From assembly GCA_016933575.1 (NCBI GenBank), contig JAFGAR010000150.1, forward strand, positions 1 through 13,770: a stretch of 13,770 bases of DNA, read 5' to 3'. The position numbers and the translations under genes were made by a program. This DNA is from Candidatus Thorarchaeota archaeon (GTDB lineage: Archaea; Asgardarchaeota; Thorarchaeia; Thorarchaeales; Thorarchaeaceae). Positions 1-9,472 of the stretch are shown piece by piece (within the stretch, counting starts at the first letter, position 1; every line of letters starts with the position of its first letter). The notes beneath the pieces were generated by a model, which was not told the DNA's origin, made no database searches, and worked only from the letters and a program-made list of their open reading frames with translations.

Positions 1-3000
1 ATCCAAGGTAGTGGTGTGAATGTTTCAGCTTCAACTACTGGATGTAGTATCGTCTTCTCTGATACTATCTCGCTTGATGATGTAGAATCTAACTACAATG
101 ACTTCGGTTTCGATATGTTCTATTCAGATGCTGTCATCATCTCAAATAGTACAGTAATTGGTGCAGATGAGGGCGTCCATTTCTATGCATGCAACTACTG
201 CGAGGTGCAGAATTGCACTATTCTTGATTGTACAGACTACGGCATCCATGACATTGCAGGCTATTACCTGATTGTGAATGACAATGAGATTCACAATAAC
301 GCTGAGGGAATATGGGTCACAACAACAGGAGGAATTTTCTCGAATAACACAGTTTCGGGGCATTATGGCTCAGGACACGCCATCTATTGTCAGGGGTGGG
401 ATTGCATCATCGATAACAACACATGCAGTGACTACTGGGCAGGTATAAGAATCGTTATCAATACGAACAACACGATTCGAAATAATCATGTCTACAATAC
501 TGGACATGGTATTCATCTGTATTATTCAAGCAACATTACAGTTCAACATAACTACGTTGAGAATGGAGACCAATGCATCGACTTGTATTATTCGCACAAT
601 GTAACTGTTGAGGATAATACCTGCAATGATCACGTACCCTTCTATCTCCTAGGCTCTGATAATAACACATTTCGTTCAAACACAATCATGAACTATGTCA
701 ACTACGGAATACGAATCGACAATTCGAGTAGCAACATTGTAGAGGATTCCATCTTCACATCTTCAGCCAACTATGGAGTCCTTTTGTATTATTGTTCGGA
801 AACAACACTCAGTAATCTGACAATTGAGAATGTGATCAACAAGGGAATTTACCTGCATTACTCATCGATGTCTATAATTAATAAGTGTATCATCCGGAAT
901 TGTGAATACGCCATCCATTCCTATTATTGCCTTTCAACAACATGCAATGCCAGCACCTTAGAAGACTGCTCATTATATGGAATGTTTAACGAGCGGTCTT
1001 CAGGGACAACGATGACTTTCAATAATATCAGTAGGTGCGAATACGGACTTGAGATATACATTTCAGATGACTGCATAGCTGCCATCAATACTGTCGTGGA
1101 CTGCCAAACAGGAATCATGATAACTGGAACTCACAATACCCTAACTGCGAATGTACTCTCGAGATCGGGAGTCTTCTTGGAAAGTCAGTACATGACTGTG
1201 AGTGGAAATTGGGTAGATGGAAAACCAATTGGATATTTCGCAAACCTGACAAGCGGCACCTACGACTGCTCAGGCTTTGGACAGGTATTTTTCGTAAATT
1301 GTGATAATTTGGATATTCATTCTGGTATCTTTGAGAATGTTAGCTTTGGTTTGGTTCTTGCAGATTGTGATTATTCAACTGTGCATGATATCTATGTCAA
1401 TTATCCCTACAGAATTGGAATCTATTTGATTAGAGGATATTCTTGTACATTAGAGAATTTCACCTGTATTAATTCATCAGGCTCAGGTGTATGGACCTAT
1501 CAGACGGATCAATGCACAGTAAGAAATGGAACGACCTTCAACAATGCTGTTTGGGGCGTATACATAAGAGAATCTCCGAATACCATTGTGGCGAATATTA
1601 CGTCTAACGGTGATGGGATTGACATCTATGCATCGAACTACTCGGTTGTTGAGGACTGTGTGATAGCAAATAGTAATCTCATGGGACTCCTGATTCAAGG
1701 CTCGGATTACTGCGAGATACAATTCAACACGATATGGAACTCTGGAGAAGCAGCCCTTGCTATCTATTCTTCCAGTCATACATATGCAGCATACAATAAT
1801 CTCTCTGATAGCTATTGGCCAGCGAATGTCAGAATCCAAGATTCATACAACACGACGATCTACTGGAATCATATCTTGCATGATGAGTACTACGATGGTA
1901 TTCTTATCACGAACTCTGACTACAACTATATCATCAATAATACGATCTTGGACAACGGCTGCTATGGAATCAGAGTAGAATCGACAAGCACGAATTGCCA
2001 CATTTACTCGAATATCATCGCCTACAATGGAGTGGAGAATGCGTGGGACGATGGAGCGAGTAACAGCTGGGATAATGGCATCCACGGGAACAAGTGGAAT
2101 GACTACAGCGGTATCGGCACATATGCTATCCCAGGAAGCGCACTCAGCGTGGATCATTATCCGCAGTTGTACGATACCTTTGCACCAACCATCGATAGCC
2201 CATCTGATGTCACCTATGATGCTGGAGAATCAGGTGCATCCATTACTTGGGCACCAAGAGACGGTCACCCGTCAACATTTCAGATTTACAGAAATGGCAC
2301 GAGCATTGCGAGTGGTCCTTGGGGTGGTGGTGATATCCCGATAGATGTAGATGGCTTGGGCATTGGTACATACAACTACACCCTCAAGGTCACGGATCTT
2401 GCTGGAAATGTGAAGATTGATACTGTCTATGTCTTCGTTAGATTTGATAGCAAGCCTCCGACGTTAGACCAACCAGCTGATTTTCAATACAGCGAGTTCG
2501 TAGCGGGAAATGTCAGTTGGATGCCATTAGATGTGCATCCTTCTTCGTATGATATCTACCAGGATAGCATCCTCATAACTAGTTCTCCGTGGGATGGAGG
2601 TGATATAAGCTATGCATTCAACCTTACGATGGGTGCCTATAATTTCACGATTGTGGTCTTCGATACTGTAGGAAATAATGTGGCTGATACGGTCTTCGTG
2701 ACAATACTCGACGACTCACCTCCTGTAATAATTGGACCTGATGATTTCCTCGTGTTTCTTGGCACTATCGATGAAGTGCTTCGATGGAATGTTACTGACG
2801 CTCATCCAAATACAGCAATCGTCTACAAGAATGGCACTCAAGTTGTGACGGCTAATTTCTATGGCACCTTCGCCAATGTTTCAATTAACACACTAATTGA
2901 GGGTGTATTCAATTACACAGTGATAGTATGGGATACCAGTGGTAATAATGCAAGGAATACCGTCTGGATCACAATCTGGAACCCTGACTTTCCATTCATA

Positions 3001-4218
3001 GATCATCCTGATGACATCGAATTCGTTGAAGGCACCGCTGGAAATTATCTAGAATGGAACCCAATCAGCAATCAGCCTGACACATACTCGATTGAGGTCA
3101 ACGGAACAGAAAAGAAGAGCGGTATCTGGAGCGTGAATATCACCATAAATCTTGATGATTTTGCGGTGGGAATCCACAATATCACAGCAATTGTCTGGTC
3201 CCAAACTGGTAACTCTGCAACTGACACCGTCTTTCTGAGGGTTCTGTATAATCCGCCACCTGAAATCGATAGCCCTGCAGATCTGATGTATGTCGAGTCC
3301 ATTGGATTGGGACAAATAACTTGGCATCCTACTGATGATAATCCAAATTGGTGGTACCTTTACATCAATGGCACGCTCAGGAGCGATGGGGGATGGACCG
3401 GTGGCAAGGTGGTCGGAAATGTCAGCTACCTTAGTCATGGCATCTACAATGCAACATTGGTTGTCGAGGACATTGGAGGAAAGACAATCTCGGATACGGT
3501 CTATGTCAGAGTTGTCTATGAATTGAATCCACCGGTGATTGCAGGACCTGCTGATCTTTCGTATACATTCGGTGATACAGGGAATGTGCTAAGCTGGGGC
3601 GCCTTTGATGAGCATCCCTCTCATTTACTCGTCTATAGCAATGGAACAATAGTAGACACGAGAGCATGGGACGGGTCTGTCATTACTACGAGCGTTGATG
3701 GACTAGAGCCCGGAGTCCATAACATAACACTCCTTCTCTATGATATCGATTTGAACTCGAACTCAGATACAGTGATGGTGTTCGTCGAGAATATTCAACC
3801 GCCGACGCTCTCCTTGCAACCGGATGTCACGACCCAACAAGGTGCAGATTCGCAGCTCAACTGGAATCCGTCGTCGCTGTTTCCTGACCACTACGAGATC
3901 TATGTTAATGGTAGCATGGATGTGTCAACAACATGGAATGGGGGATCCATCTCATACGATCTCAAATATTTAGAGCCCGGAGTATACAATATTACTCTTG
4001 TCGTCTATGACCAGGCCGGCAATAGTGCCTCTGACAGTGTCTGGGTTCATATCGAGGGCATGGGTGCCCTACCAGATTTCATGTCTCCGCTCATCCAGGC
4101 AGGGTCAGTGGTCACGATTCTTGTGGTCATTGCAGCCGCCTATCGCATATTCAAGCAAGCCGGACAATCCAAGGAAGAATCAGACTGGCGTTCTATGATG
4201 GATGACTTTGGGCACTAA
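1..4218 (+). CDS. Large cell-surface protein (5'-truncated): right-handed parallel beta-helix (NosD/CASH-like) region, seven Ig-like repeats, C-terminal TM anchor
   Basis: The frame is open from base 1 (ATC CAA GGT AGT GGT GTG), so the true start probably lies upstream. It has many 'GI.l..s.n..i.nN.i' beta-helix repeats, VDGKPIGYF, and a NosD-like cap NAWDDGASNSWDNGIHGNKWNDY...DHYP. Seven ~90-aa repeats follow, then hydrophobic LIQAGSVVTILVVIAAAYRIF and a short tail. N-x-S/T sequons are abundant. Confidence 0.9.
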   Translation: MQGSGVNVSASTTGCSIVFSDTISLDDVESNYNDFGFDMFYSDAVIISNSTVIGADEGVHFYACNYCEVQNCTILDCTDYGIHDIAGYYLIVNDNEIHNNAEGIWVTTTGGIFSNNTVSGHYGSGHAIYCQGWDCIIDNNTCSDYWAGIRIVINTNNTIRNNHVYNTGHGIHLYYSSNITVQHNYVENGDQCIDLYYSHNVTVEDNTCNDHVPFYLLGSDNNTFRSNTIMNYVNYGIRIDNSSSNIVEDSIFTSSANYGVLLYYCSETTLSNLTIENVINKGIYLHYSSMSIINKCIIRNCEYAIHSYYCLSTTCNASTLEDCSLYGMFNERSSGTTMTFNNISRCEYGLEIYISDDCIAAINTVVDCQTGIMITGTHNTLTANVLSRSGVFLESQYMTVSGNWVDGKPIGYFANLTSGTYDCSGFGQVFFVNCDNLDIHSGIFENVSFGLVLADCDYSTVHDIYVNYPYRIGIYLIRGYSCTLENFTCINSSGSGVWTYQTDQCTVRNGTTFNNAVWGVYIRESPNTIVANITSNGDGIDIYASNYSVVEDCVIANSNLMGLLIQGSDYCEIQFNTIWNSGEAALAIYSSSHTYAAYNNLSDSYWPANVRIQDSYNTTIYWNHILHDEYYDGILITNSDYNYIINNTILDNGCYGIRVESTSTNCHIYSNIIAYNGVENAWDDGASNSWDNGIHGNKWNDYSGIGTYAIPGSALSVDHYPQLYDTFAPTIDSPSDVTYDAGESGASITWAPRDGHPSTFQIYRNGTSIASGPWGGGDIPIDVDGLGIGTYNYTLKVTDLAGNVKIDTVYVFVRFDSKPPTLDQPADFQYSEFVAGNVSWMPLDVHPSSYDIYQDSILITSSPWDGGDISYAFNLTMGAYNFTIVVFDTVGNNVADTVFVTILDDSPPVIIGPDDFLVFLGTIDEVLRWNVTDAHPNTAIVYKNGTQVVTANFYGTFANVSINTLIEGVFNYTVIVWDTSGNNARNTVWITIWNPDFPFIDHPDDIEFVEGTAGNYLEWNPISNQPDTYSIEVNGTEKKSGIWSVNITINLDDFAVGIHNITAIVWSQTGNSATDTVFLRVLYNPPPEIDSPADLMYVESIGLGQITWHPTDDNPNWWYLYINGTLRSDGGWTGGKVVGNVSYLSHGIYNATLVVEDIGGKTISDTVYVRVVYELNPPVIAGPADLSYTFGDTGNVLSWGAFDEHPSHLLVYSNGTIVDTRAWDGSVITTSVDGLEPGVHNITLLLYDIDLNSNSDTVMVFVENIQPPTLSLQPDVTTQQGADSQLNWNPSSLFPDHYEIYVNGSMDVSTTWNGGSISYDLKYLEPGVYNITLVVYDQAGNSASDSVWVHIEGMGALPDFMSPLIQAGSVVTILVVIAAAYRIFKQAGQSKEESDWRSMMDDFGH
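2185..4056 (+). repeat. Seven tandem ~90-aa Ig-like beta-sandwich repeats within the surface protein
   Basis: Units begin PTIDSPSD, PTLDQPAD, PVIIGPDD, PFIDHPDD, PEIDSPAD, PVIAGPAD, PTLSLQPD. Most contain W..D..P..y.iy.NG and G.yN.Tl.V.D..GN...DTV.V.V. Confidence 0.85.
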
Positions 4219-4329
4219 CCGCTCAGGAAGATACGAATATGTTTTGGAATCAGAAGATCCTGGAGGATCGACTTCGTCGCCAAGATATTTCACTGATTGA
4301 CTCATCTTGCTGCAAAATCAATGAGATTA

Positions 4330-4992
4330 TCATTCCTTGGTCTCACGCTTTCCATACTTTCGAAGGTAATACTGTCGCATGAAATGCGCCTCGAACTTGT
4401 TGATCTCCTTCGCCCCTCCGAGGAACTCAGCCTCAATGAACGCCTTACAGGCTTTCTCCAGCACGAAGGTGCAGGTGAATGCCTCTTCCATATCCCGACC
4501 AGTACAGACAGCGCCATGGTTCGCCATCAGCGCAGCATTCCGCCCTTTCAGCGCGTTCATTGTTTTTTTGACGATCTTCTTTGTTGAAGGGAGAGCGTAC
4601 TCAGCGACCCGAATGGTCGGACCGATGATCTGCACCATGTCGTCTAGGATCGGTGGAACCTCTCTTCGAGCAGCGGCGACTGTGGATGCGTTCATCGAAT
4701 GCGAGTGGATGACTGCGTTGATATCTTTTCTATCCCTGTAGATTGCGATGTGGAGCTTCATCTCAGCAGAGGGCTTATGCTTGCCTTCCCAGGTGACATT
4801 ATCTGAGCTGAAGTCGACGATGGTGATATCCTCAGGGACAAGGGTCTCATAGCTCATCCCGGAGGGTGTGATCGCCATTCTATACTCATCAATCCTACAG
4901 GAAATATTCCCCCATGTGCCACCAACCAGTCCATTCTGAATGAGTCGCTTCCCAGCATCGCATACTATCTTCTGAGATTCAGGAACATCCAT
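4330..4992 (-). CDS. Class II aldolase/adducin family protein (FucA-like), 220 aa
   Basis: GTWGNIS, ITPSG, PSAEMKLH (catalytic Glu), HSHS and ANHG (Zn ligands). The start is moved to ATG 4992 because a TTTATAA box at 5033-5027 puts transcription start near 5003. Confidence 0.9.
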   Translation of the reverse strand: MDVPESQKIVCDAGKRLIQNGLVGGTWGNISCRIDEYRMAITPSGMSYETLVPEDITIVDFSSDNVTWEGKHKPSAEMKLHIAIYRDRKDINAVIHSHSMNASTVAAARREVPPILDDMVQIIGPTIRVAEYALPSTKKIVKKTMNALKGRNAALMANHGAVCTGRDMEEAFTCTFVLEKACKAFIEAEFLGGAKEINKFEAHFMRQYYLRKYGKRETKE

Positions 4993-5026
4993 GAAGATCC
5001 CACAAATGTCCATACTAGTCAAGATA

Positions 5027-5033
5027 TTATAAA
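5027..5033 (-). promoter_or_regulatory. Archaeal TATA box for the aldolase gene
   Basis: TTTATAA on the minus strand, 35 nt before ATG 4992. Confidence 0.55.
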
Positions 5034-5088
5034 GGCAATCATTGAGAGAGTCCGACCTAATGATGGATTGACCACAACAATTGATGGA

Positions 5089-6564
5089 CTAACTGTAATA
5101 GCTTTGGGGTTCCACATTTTGCAGGGCCCTCTGGAATCTTGCTAAGGCGTCATCAATCACCTCGTCAGTATCTGCAAGACTAGTATACATACGAGACCCT
5201 GCAAGAGTCACGATACCTTCTGCCATATAGGCGGCTCCTATCTCCTCCATGAAATGCTGGCGAGCTTTGATCTCCTTCAAGATCGACTTGATCCTGATGA
5301 CATCCTTTGGAAGGCTGATCTTGATGAACATAGCACCAGAGGTCTCTAGATGGCAGATGGCTCCTTGGTTATAGGCAATAAAAGGGAGCTTCAGGTCCTC
5401 GATAATCTCCTCGAGTCCCTTGGTCAGTCGATCCCCTGCTCTTCCTGCGATCTCACATGCATTCGTTCTCTCGATCTCTTGAATCGCAAAATAGCCTGCT
5501 GCGGAACTCAATGGATTGGCAGCGAGGGTTCCGCCCACATAGGCGCGCTTCTTCCCGCCAGCGATTCCAGCGGCGAGGTGCTCCATGAGATCTCTCCTGC
5601 CCCCTAGACCACCTGCGGCAGGATAGCCTCCAGCGACGATCTTGCCAAAGGTGGTCAGATCGGGCTTGATCCCGAAGTAGCCTTGGGCTCCTCCGAGACC
5701 TATCCGTCCAAAGGTGACGACCTCATCGAATATCAGCAAAGCATCATACTGGTCACAGAGCTCACGGATCTGCTTGTTATGTTCCTTATCCACAGGTCGT
5801 GTACCAGACTCAGGACCGACGGGCTCAACGATCACTGCAGCTGTGCCTCCACGAAGACGATTCCTTGACAGCTTCTTTCGTAGCTTCTCGATGTTGTTCG
5901 GATAGACCTCTTGTGAATGCTGTCTGCTCCCCTTGGGTATGCCATGCGCTTCGAAGCCTCCAGTTCCGGGTATGTGAAGTCCATACACCATCTGGTCACT
6001 CCAGCCATGGTATGCACCACCCATCTTGATGACCTTCTTCTTCTTGGTGGCCAATCGGGCAAGTCTGAGTGCTGCCATAACAGACTCGGTACCGCTACCC
6101 AGCATGCGAAACATCTCGACTGCGGGGAGGTGCTTGTTGATCTCTCGAGCAAGCTTCAGCTCGAATTCTGAGAAGAGACCCGTCACTGGACCTCTCTCAT
6201 TGATCAATTGAATGACCTTCTCCCGCACTGGAGCATAGTTATTTCCCAGGATGATAGGTCCGCCCGCCTGCAAGAAGTCGATATAGCGATTGCCATCAAT
6301 GTCCCAGAGGTATGCTCCTTCTGCACGGTCGATGACGATGGGGAATGGATAGTTGAAGGCAAGATTATGCTGAACCCCTCCAGGGATGTACTGTCGGGCT
6401 TCAGTAATCATCTCTTTTGACTTTGCACACCTCTGCTCGAAATGCTCAAGATACTTCTGCAGGGAGTCTGCTTTTAACTTCTGTACCGGTAATTCCATCA
6501 TATGTTCTATCTTTCGATAGATATCTGCAGTATCGTGATAGTTGGATATACTATAACCCGACAT
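5089..6564 (-). CDS. Class III PLP-dependent aminotransferase, glutamate-1-semialdehyde 2,1-aminomutase (HemL)-like, 491 aa
   Basis: IPGGV, GAYLWDIDGNRYIDF, SGTESVMAALRLAR, GAYHG, IVEPV, LLIFDEVVT, DLTTFGK (PLP lysine), GGTLAANPLS. The first 61 residues of the 552-aa ORF look non-coding, so the likely start is MSGYSIS at 6564. Confidence 0.9.
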   Translation of the reverse strand: MSGYSISNYHDTADIYRKIEHMMELPVQKLKADSLQKYLEHFEQRCAKSKEMITEARQYIPGGVQHNLAFNYPFPIVIDRAEGAYLWDIDGNRYIDFLQAGGPIILGNNYAPVREKVIQLINERGPVTGLFSEFELKLAREINKHLPAVEMFRMLGSGTESVMAALRLARLATKKKKVIKMGGAYHGWSDQMVYGLHIPGTGGFEAHGIPKGSRQHSQEVYPNNIEKLRKKLSRNRLRGGTAAVIVEPVGPESGTRPVDKEHNKQIRELCDQYDALLIFDEVVTFGRIGLGGAQGYFGIKPDLTTFGKIVAGGYPAAGGLGGRRDLMEHLAAGIAGGKKRAYVGGTLAANPLSSAAGYFAIQEIERTNACEIAGRAGDRLTKGLEEIIEDLKLPFIAYNQGAICHLETSGAMFIKISLPKDVIRIKSILKEIKARQHFMEEIGAAYMAEGIVTLAGSRMYTSLADTDEVIDDALARFQRALQNVEPQSYYS

Positions 6565-6830
6565 CGTGTCTTCACGCAGATTCTCAAAAGAAGAAGTCTG
6601 ATGAATAAGTCTTTGGATAACTTCAGGAAAATTCGTTCTCCAATGCTTGTGATCAAATCCCTTCTCAATGGTAAGTAAACAGGGAGAAACAGAATTCCTT
6701 GAAGCTTGAAATTTGCTTCTGCGTGGATGTGTGTTTTTAAGCCTCATTCTGGTTCATATGCGTATGGATTAGATTTAAGAGCTAGTTCTTTTAGTGTATG
6801 ATAGATATGCATCCCTAGGAGATTATTGAT

Positions 6831-7529
6831 TTGGCATTCGGTATCCTTCATTTTGGATTTCTCATCACAGCACTCATTGTGACTGTGTGTATCATTGTTC
6901 TGTTAAATAGATACTTTTCTACAAAGAGCAGTTTGACTCTGGCATTCACTATCTTCCTTATGGCATATGTAATCTCAGCATACGTATACTTTGCGAGAGG
7001 CCTTTTTGACCTTCAATCAGCAGGAGATATCGCACTATGGAAAGTGACGAATATAATGTACCCATTGATGGTCGTCCCGCTCTTCATATTCCTTGGATAT
7101 CCGTACCTCATCGAAAAAGAGGGAACGATGATCGCACTGATAATGAAACTTGCAATGCTATACAGCTTCATCATCTCGGTTTTCAATTTCATCATAATTG
7201 GCATAGCTGATGTGCAATGGACCTATGATGACCCATATGGTCTTTCACATTACGCACTTACTCTCATACAGATTCCTTATGTCTATTATATCACCTTGAT
7301 ACTGGTAGTCAGTATCGCATTCTTCTCCGTAATACTGCTTGCTCTAGCATTCAGAAGAGAAACAGATCCCTTCTTCAAGACAAGAACCCTTTTGCTCCTC
7401 ATTGGATGGCTAAGCGTTTTTCTCGGGCAGCTATTACTACTAAGTCCAACGCTCGCTATTGTCCAGCCAATGGTTGCAATCCCTGGAGTCATTCTAATAG
7501 CGATAGGAGTCATTCGCCCGAGAAGCTAA
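6831..7529 (+). CDS. Integral membrane protein with about seven TM helices (HisKA_7TM-like sensor module, stand-alone)
   Basis: Seven hydrophobic segments, with a longer loop between TM4 and TM5. TTG start preceded by AGGAG at 6817-6821 and TTTAAG at 6774-6779. The family assignment is inference. Confidence 0.8.
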   Translation: MAFGILHFGFLITALIVTVCIIVLLNRYFSTKSSLTLAFTIFLMAYVISAYVYFARGLFDLQSAGDIALWKVTNIMYPLMVVPLFIFLGYPYLIEKEGTMIALIMKLAMLYSFIISVFNFIIIGIADVQWTYDDPYGLSHYALTLIQIPYVYYITLILVVSIAFFSVILLALAFRRETDPFFKTRTLLLLIGWLSVFLGQLLLLSPTLAIVQPMVAIPGVILIAIGVIRPRS

Positions 7530-7665
7530 TCAATCTCTGAGTACAAATGATGAATCCAGACGCATGCATATGAAAACGATAAGTTAAATATCCATCTAAA
7601 TAGATTTCCTCCAATTCCCCAGATTATCTTGGGTCAAGGGAAATACAGTGGCAAGCCCCTTGATT

Positions 7666-8598
7666 CTACCCCAGTGGCATAACAAGTAGAAAGTAGAAGA
7701 TGAAGACATCTGGAAGGAAATGAATAAGCCACGCCCAGAAGAAACCCTTCGTTTCAATCATGCTCTTTCCGAGGAAATATCCCAAGAATGCAGCTAGAGC
7801 GACACCGATGATGCCATTCGGGTAGCCAAAATAGTGACCCAGACCGAAATATACTGCAGTGATCTGTAGACCTTCATTCTTGCCAATGCCTGGTTCAAGC
7901 TCGCTTAGAGGAGCGGCGCGTAGGGTGAATTCCTCATTGAATGCGTTCATCGCGGCGATGAGCAGTGCCGCAGGCAACAACGGAAGCCCATTCACTATCA
8001 GATCTAGAGAGGGTTGAAATGAACCAACCAAGAAAATGACAGTGAAGACAACGAAGATGATGATGAAAGGTCTTGCGAGCTTTGTCCATGGCTCAGGAGC
8101 CTTCATTCCCAACAATCGAGAGGGCTCGGCCTCGGCATCAATCTGACCTTTGATGAGGTAAAAGTCACTTGGTCTACGTCCTGAAATGAGCAGAAAAAGG
8201 AGAACAGCAAATGCGGGAGTGAGTCGTAGCAGATGCACTGCAAACATATCAAATGGGGCCGGGATAGTTGCCACCCATATGCTCCATTCAGCACTTGCCC
8301 GGATCATGGGAACAAGTCCAAAATCCCAGCCGCCACCAAAACCAAAGAAGAAGATGATTGTCATGATCGAATAGAATCTCCACATGTATCGCGTTGGTTG
8401 ATAGGCAAGTGCTAGTCCAAGTAGGGCTAGCAAAATCACTCCATGGATAAATGGATACCAGAATGGCACCATGCCAAGAATCTCACGGAAGGGAATGATT
8501 GCCAAAGAGCTTGCGAAAAGCATCGCAGTCCATGCGAGTGTTACAACATAATCGACGGACTTTGAGCTTTGGTTCTCTGAACTATCTATTGTTGACAA
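7666..8598 (-). CDS. CPBP (Abi/Rce1, CAAX protease-like) intramembrane glutamic endopeptidase, 310 aa
   Basis: NEEFTLRA, FGLGHY and WLIHFLPD motifs in a multi-TM protein. The start is reassigned to TTG 8598, preceded by GGAGGAG (8612-8606) inside the upstream gene. Confidence 0.88.
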   Translation of the reverse strand: MSTIDSSENQSSKSVDYVVTLAWTAMLFASSLAIIPFREILGMVPFWYPFIHGVILLALLGLALAYQPTRYMWRFYSIMTIIFFFGFGGGWDFGLVPMIRASAEWSIWVATIPAPFDMFAVHLLRLTPAFAVLLFLLISGRRPSDFYLIKGQIDAEAEPSRLLGMKAPEPWTKLARPFIIIFVVFTVIFLVGSFQPSLDLIVNGLPLLPAALLIAAMNAFNEEFTLRAAPLSELEPGIGKNEGLQITAVYFGLGHYFGYPNGIIGVALAAFLGYFLGKSMIETKGFFWAWLIHFLPDVFIFYFLLVMPLG

Positions 8599-9457
8599 TT
8601 GATGACTCCTCCAGAACGAACGGCTCCTTAGAAGGATTTGAAGATATCTGTCCTCTTCTCGACTCAAGAACACGGAGAATGATCACAAGTCCCCAGATGA
8701 ATATCATAAGTGTCCAATGTCGTGATGAGTTGTAGATGAATGTGAAGGTGGTACCTAAAGCTTGGTGAGCGAACATCGCTGTCAGGATATTCCTCTTCGA
8801 GAGATTGAATAGCGAATCGATCATGAAGGACTGCCCTACCATTGAAAGATATCCAAGAACCGAGGGTTCGAGTCCGAAAGAGATGTTCATCATCTGGTGC
8901 CACAACCACCAGTAACTTCCGATGATGAAACTACCTATCTCACGACCATATCTCTGCTGCAGCTCTGTCATGGCAAAGCCTCTCCAAGCAGGTTCCTCAA
9001 AAAGTGGGCTTGTAATGAGGCTAGCCGAGAAATGAATGGGTATGACGGCCAATAGAACAAATCCCAGTTCAGCATACATCACAGGATCAAGGATGAAAAA
9101 TTCAGTCTCAAGACCTAACATGAAGTTAATTCCGTTCGCTGCAATAGCAAGCAATGGGTAGGCGAAGGCTGCCAGAATCAGGTAAGGTATGCTCGATTTC
9201 CATGTGCGAACACTGGAGAGGATGCCATCGAAGCTAACCTGTTTGTGAGTCGCCTTCTCGATTATCTTTAGTGATATGAGAGGGCTAACTGCTCCTAGGG
9301 TTGATGGAATCAAAACGAGCTCTAGAGGCCAAAGACCCAAGAATATCTGAATCCAAAAAATCCACCCCAAAGGTATTGTCAGTAAGAAGAAAATGCCTAA
9401 GCGATATCGGAATGCGAAATTGCTTTCTTGGCCACCATCGGTCTTTATCCGTCCCAT
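8582..9457 (-). CDS. CPBP (Abi/Rce1) intramembrane glutamic endopeptidase, 291 aa
   Basis: FEEPAWRG, WWLWH and AMFAHQ motifs, with multiple TM helices. Confidence 0.88.
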   Translation of the reverse strand: MGRIKTDGGQESNFAFRYRLGIFFLLTIPLGWIFWIQIFLGLWPLELVLIPSTLGAVSPLISLKIIEKATHKQVSFDGILSSVRTWKSSIPYLILAAFAYPLLAIAANGINFMLGLETEFFILDPVMYAELGFVLLAVIPIHFSASLITSPLFEEPAWRGFAMTELQQRYGREIGSFIIGSYWWLWHQMMNISFGLEPSVLGYLSMVGQSFMIDSLFNLSKRNILTAMFAHQALGTTFTFIYNSSRHWTLMIFIWGLVIILRVLESRRGQISSNPSKEPFVLEESSIVNNR

Positions 9458-9472
9458 TTCGTTATTTCCTTA

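Noticed and set aside
2185-4056. Periodic repeats considered as a CRISPR array or DGR template/variable repeat
   Set aside because: The similarity is at protein level with heavy synonymous divergence. There are no identical spaced DNA repeats, no adenine-specific mismatch pair and no reverse transcriptase.
4219-4329. Small hairpins (GATCC-TGGA-GGATC, CGAC-TTC-GTCG) between convergent genes
   Set aside because: The stems are only 4-5 bp, which is expected by chance.
142-6608. Numerous short overlapping or antisense ORFs inside the surface protein, aldolase and aminotransferase genes
   Set aside because: They lie almost wholly within well-supported genes, lack recognisable motifs and are the expected shadow ORFs.
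6565-6747. 61-aa N-terminal extension of the aminotransferase ORF
   Set aside because: It looks non-coding and occupies the divergent promoter region. ATG 6564 is more plausible.
6831-7529. Possible microbial rhodopsin, schizorhodopsin or heliorhodopsin
   Set aside because: There is no Lys in helix 7 (no DxxxK or SxxxK) and no RYxxW motif in helix 3.
7666-9457. CAAX prenylation-processing system with local substrates
   Set aside because: None of the called proteins in the window ends in a CaaX motif, and no prenyltransferase is present.
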